From the NCBI GenBank assembly GCA_002104905.1, contig MCFE01000080.1, positions 1 through 64,000 of the forward strand: DNA of 64,000 nt, written 5' to 3'. Source of the DNA: Basidiobolus meristosporus CBS 931.73. Lineage: Eukaryota; Fungi; Basidiobolomycota. Positions within the stretch are counted from its first letter, which is position 1. Every line of letters starts with the position of its first letter. The position numbers and the translations under genes were made by a program. Below, one piece after another: positions 61,961 through 64,000 of this stretch. The notes under the pieces are model-generated. The model saw only the letters and a list, made by a program, of their open reading frames with translations, searched no databases and had not been told where the DNA came from.

Positions 61961-64000
61961 AAGTGAAAAAATATGGGAATGGGCACATCTGTCAGTGGGC
62001 ATCACTATGGCCCCACAGTTGAAATATTGAACTCTTTGGCATCATTCTGTAGCTAAAATTTTACTTTACAATTCTGGACTAGTCTTGGTCACTGTGAGAC
62101 TGATATACAGCTTAAACCTTGCCATTTTCTTCAGATCTATGATCTTATGATTATTCCCCTATAGTCAGGATCAAAATAGCATTGATACTAACTATTATGT
62201 ACTAACCCTGAAACTTGTACAGAATGCTCCTGAATATTGAGAAGCCCTCCTTGCTTTGTGTTACAGTTGTATTACTTGGCTCACCTTTGTGAGTTTCCTA
62301 TGGAGTAGATGTGTGGGTGGATAGGGAGTCAAGTCAAGTTACAAGTACTTCAATATCCCAAGCTCATCAGGGATTTCACCTTCACATCTGGTATGCATAT
62401 GGTTTGTTGATAAATGGAGGGTTAGTAGGAGAGTTGGAAACTACAGTTAATGGACATGCATATTGACACCTATGTAATTGGCATTAAGAAGCTAAGCAGC
62501 TCCAAAATGTGGGTAATTAGTCAAGTAACACAAAGCTGTGTTGGACACAAAGATCAACAAATTTCTATTTGAATGGCTCTACTAAAGTATGGCAGGTCTC
62601 TGCTGGCTGCATGCCAGCTTCTGTATCATTCTATCTAGAGTTAGCACAAATAAGACCCAGAACAAATGCACAAGAGGGACTGTACTCTGCAGGAAGAAGG
62701 AATGTATTGGCCAAAAACCAAAAGGTTCTTTGCAGATATTTGGGAGGTATTCATGGCAAAAGTGGCTACAACCAAACATTTGCTTGCTAGTTGTACATCA
62801 TGCCAACAATACAAGGTATATGGCAACTTTTAAGTGGCAAACTAAACAGCTATAAAACTGAGGTGATAGAAGCATCAATTGCAGCAGGTGGGCATGTATA
62901 GAAATAGGTAGGCAGGAGGCCATAGTTGTTTTTAATTTGAACTATACATGTTATACCTATGGTTGTAGTGGGTAAGCAAATAGATAATGATGATTCTGCA
63001 GTGGAACACATGTACAGCTCAAGAGAAGGCAAAAAGAAAATACCACTGGGTAAATCGGTACAGTAGTATTATAAGAAATAGCTGTAGGCTGCATTACTGG
63101 CACAAAAATGCCATCAGAGGTTCACAAAGTGGCCATCAAAACATCATCATGTTTTTATTACAAAAGGACACAGGGCGAGTTCTTCAGTTAGGTCTGCACA
63201 AATAAATGTGGACTGCAATGAGGCCATCAAAATAATATGCAACTCTTGGCAAAAGACTGTTCAAATACAGTCAGTTTCTTAACTTTATTGGTAGCAAACT
63301 TGGAAAATGCCGGCACATTACTGTTGTGCAATTATGTAGATGGTCAATAATTCCAAGCTGCTGGCACTATGATGGCCTCATTGCAGAGTTCTCACAGCTG
63401 GTTCATATTGGATATACCCGTAGAACTAAACTATATCTCATAGCAGTTCACCATGCCACTTCCAATCCTGCACAGAATATTACAACACTGACAATATATA
63501 TGGCTGCATGTCTGGCGCTACAGCTTTACTTACAATGCTTATTATTGTGAGTTGTCATTTAAAGCTGCATTCATAATGGTGTAATGTTCCTAACAGGACT
63601 GTTTTATACTCCAGCTTTATAGTAAAAATGCCATATAATATTATTACATTATTCAATATTAAGCTTTTACCCACAGTTGAGACCACTTTGACTTTATGCC
63701 ATAATTAAAAGGAGCATATAGCCTGTAGCTATTAAGCAGGCTCCATTGGATTATATTACATTGTGTCTAGCAGCTTAGGGTCCCTGATGGACTGGGCACC
63801 AAAACCATAAACATGATGCTACTGGGAGTTTGTAAATGGGCATATATTTAGTAACTTGTATCTGGGTTACTCAGGTCGGTATTATTACTGCTTTATTCAC
63901 TCTTGACAGTGCTCTCAGCTGAGCTCTGCTGATGACAGCCTACTTCTAATGATGTGCCTGGTATCAAAGAGGATATTGTGACTTTCCTAGTTTACTGTTT

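Larger units (their letters stand above)
57035..63095 (+). mobile_element. CACTA-like copy D, fragmented (left end, accessory gene 57373-59750, transposase pieces 60392-60600 and about 62280-63095)
   Basis: Left end CCCTTATGAG..ATCCCATCAAAAG; colinear with copies A and B; interrupted by LTRs and deletions. No right TIR was seen. Confidence 0.8.

Noticed and set aside
63205-63390. 17-bp inverted repeat CTGCAATGAGGCCATCA / TGATGGCCTCATTGCAG
   Set aside because: Probably part of another decayed MITE, but termini and TSD could not be defined.
1-64000. tRNA, rRNA, snRNA genes or CRISPR arrays
   Set aside because: No cloverleaf or Pol III box pattern, rRNA-like tract or regularly spaced repeat-spacer array was seen by eye; a covariance-model search was not possible.

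Overview
Eukaryotic DNA, most likely from an early-diverging (Mucoromycota/Zoopagomycota-like) fungus; the lineage is inferred from protein style and short GT-AG introns. The window has two halves. Positions 1 to about 34.7 kb are a CpG-normal gene zone. It holds the 3' end of a LINE, an Nrg1-like C2H2 transcription factor, an FCP1/NIF-family HAD phosphatase, a 10-exon CCA-adding enzyme, a 71-aa microprotein with a PKA pseudosubstrate motif (RRRGAI), two uncharacterised ORFs, two head-to-head intronless hexokinases whose 3' two-thirds are about 98.5% identical, a GLUT-like sugar porter and a TDP2-like phosphodiesterase. From about 34.8 kb to 64 kb is a CpG-depleted block of nested transposons that can be resolved from TIRs, TSDs and empty sites. 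It contains a ~5.7-kb CCC-terminated CACTA-like family (one copy inserted into another copy's transposase), a PHIS/Harbinger-type element with ATT target duplications plus its foldback MITEs, a 1.18-kb solo LTR and several ~350-bp copia LTRs. The best leads are the candidate PKA-inhibitor microprotein, the homogenised and potentially invertible hexokinase pair, and the ATT-targeting transposon/MITE system. All counts are manual and no database searches were run.
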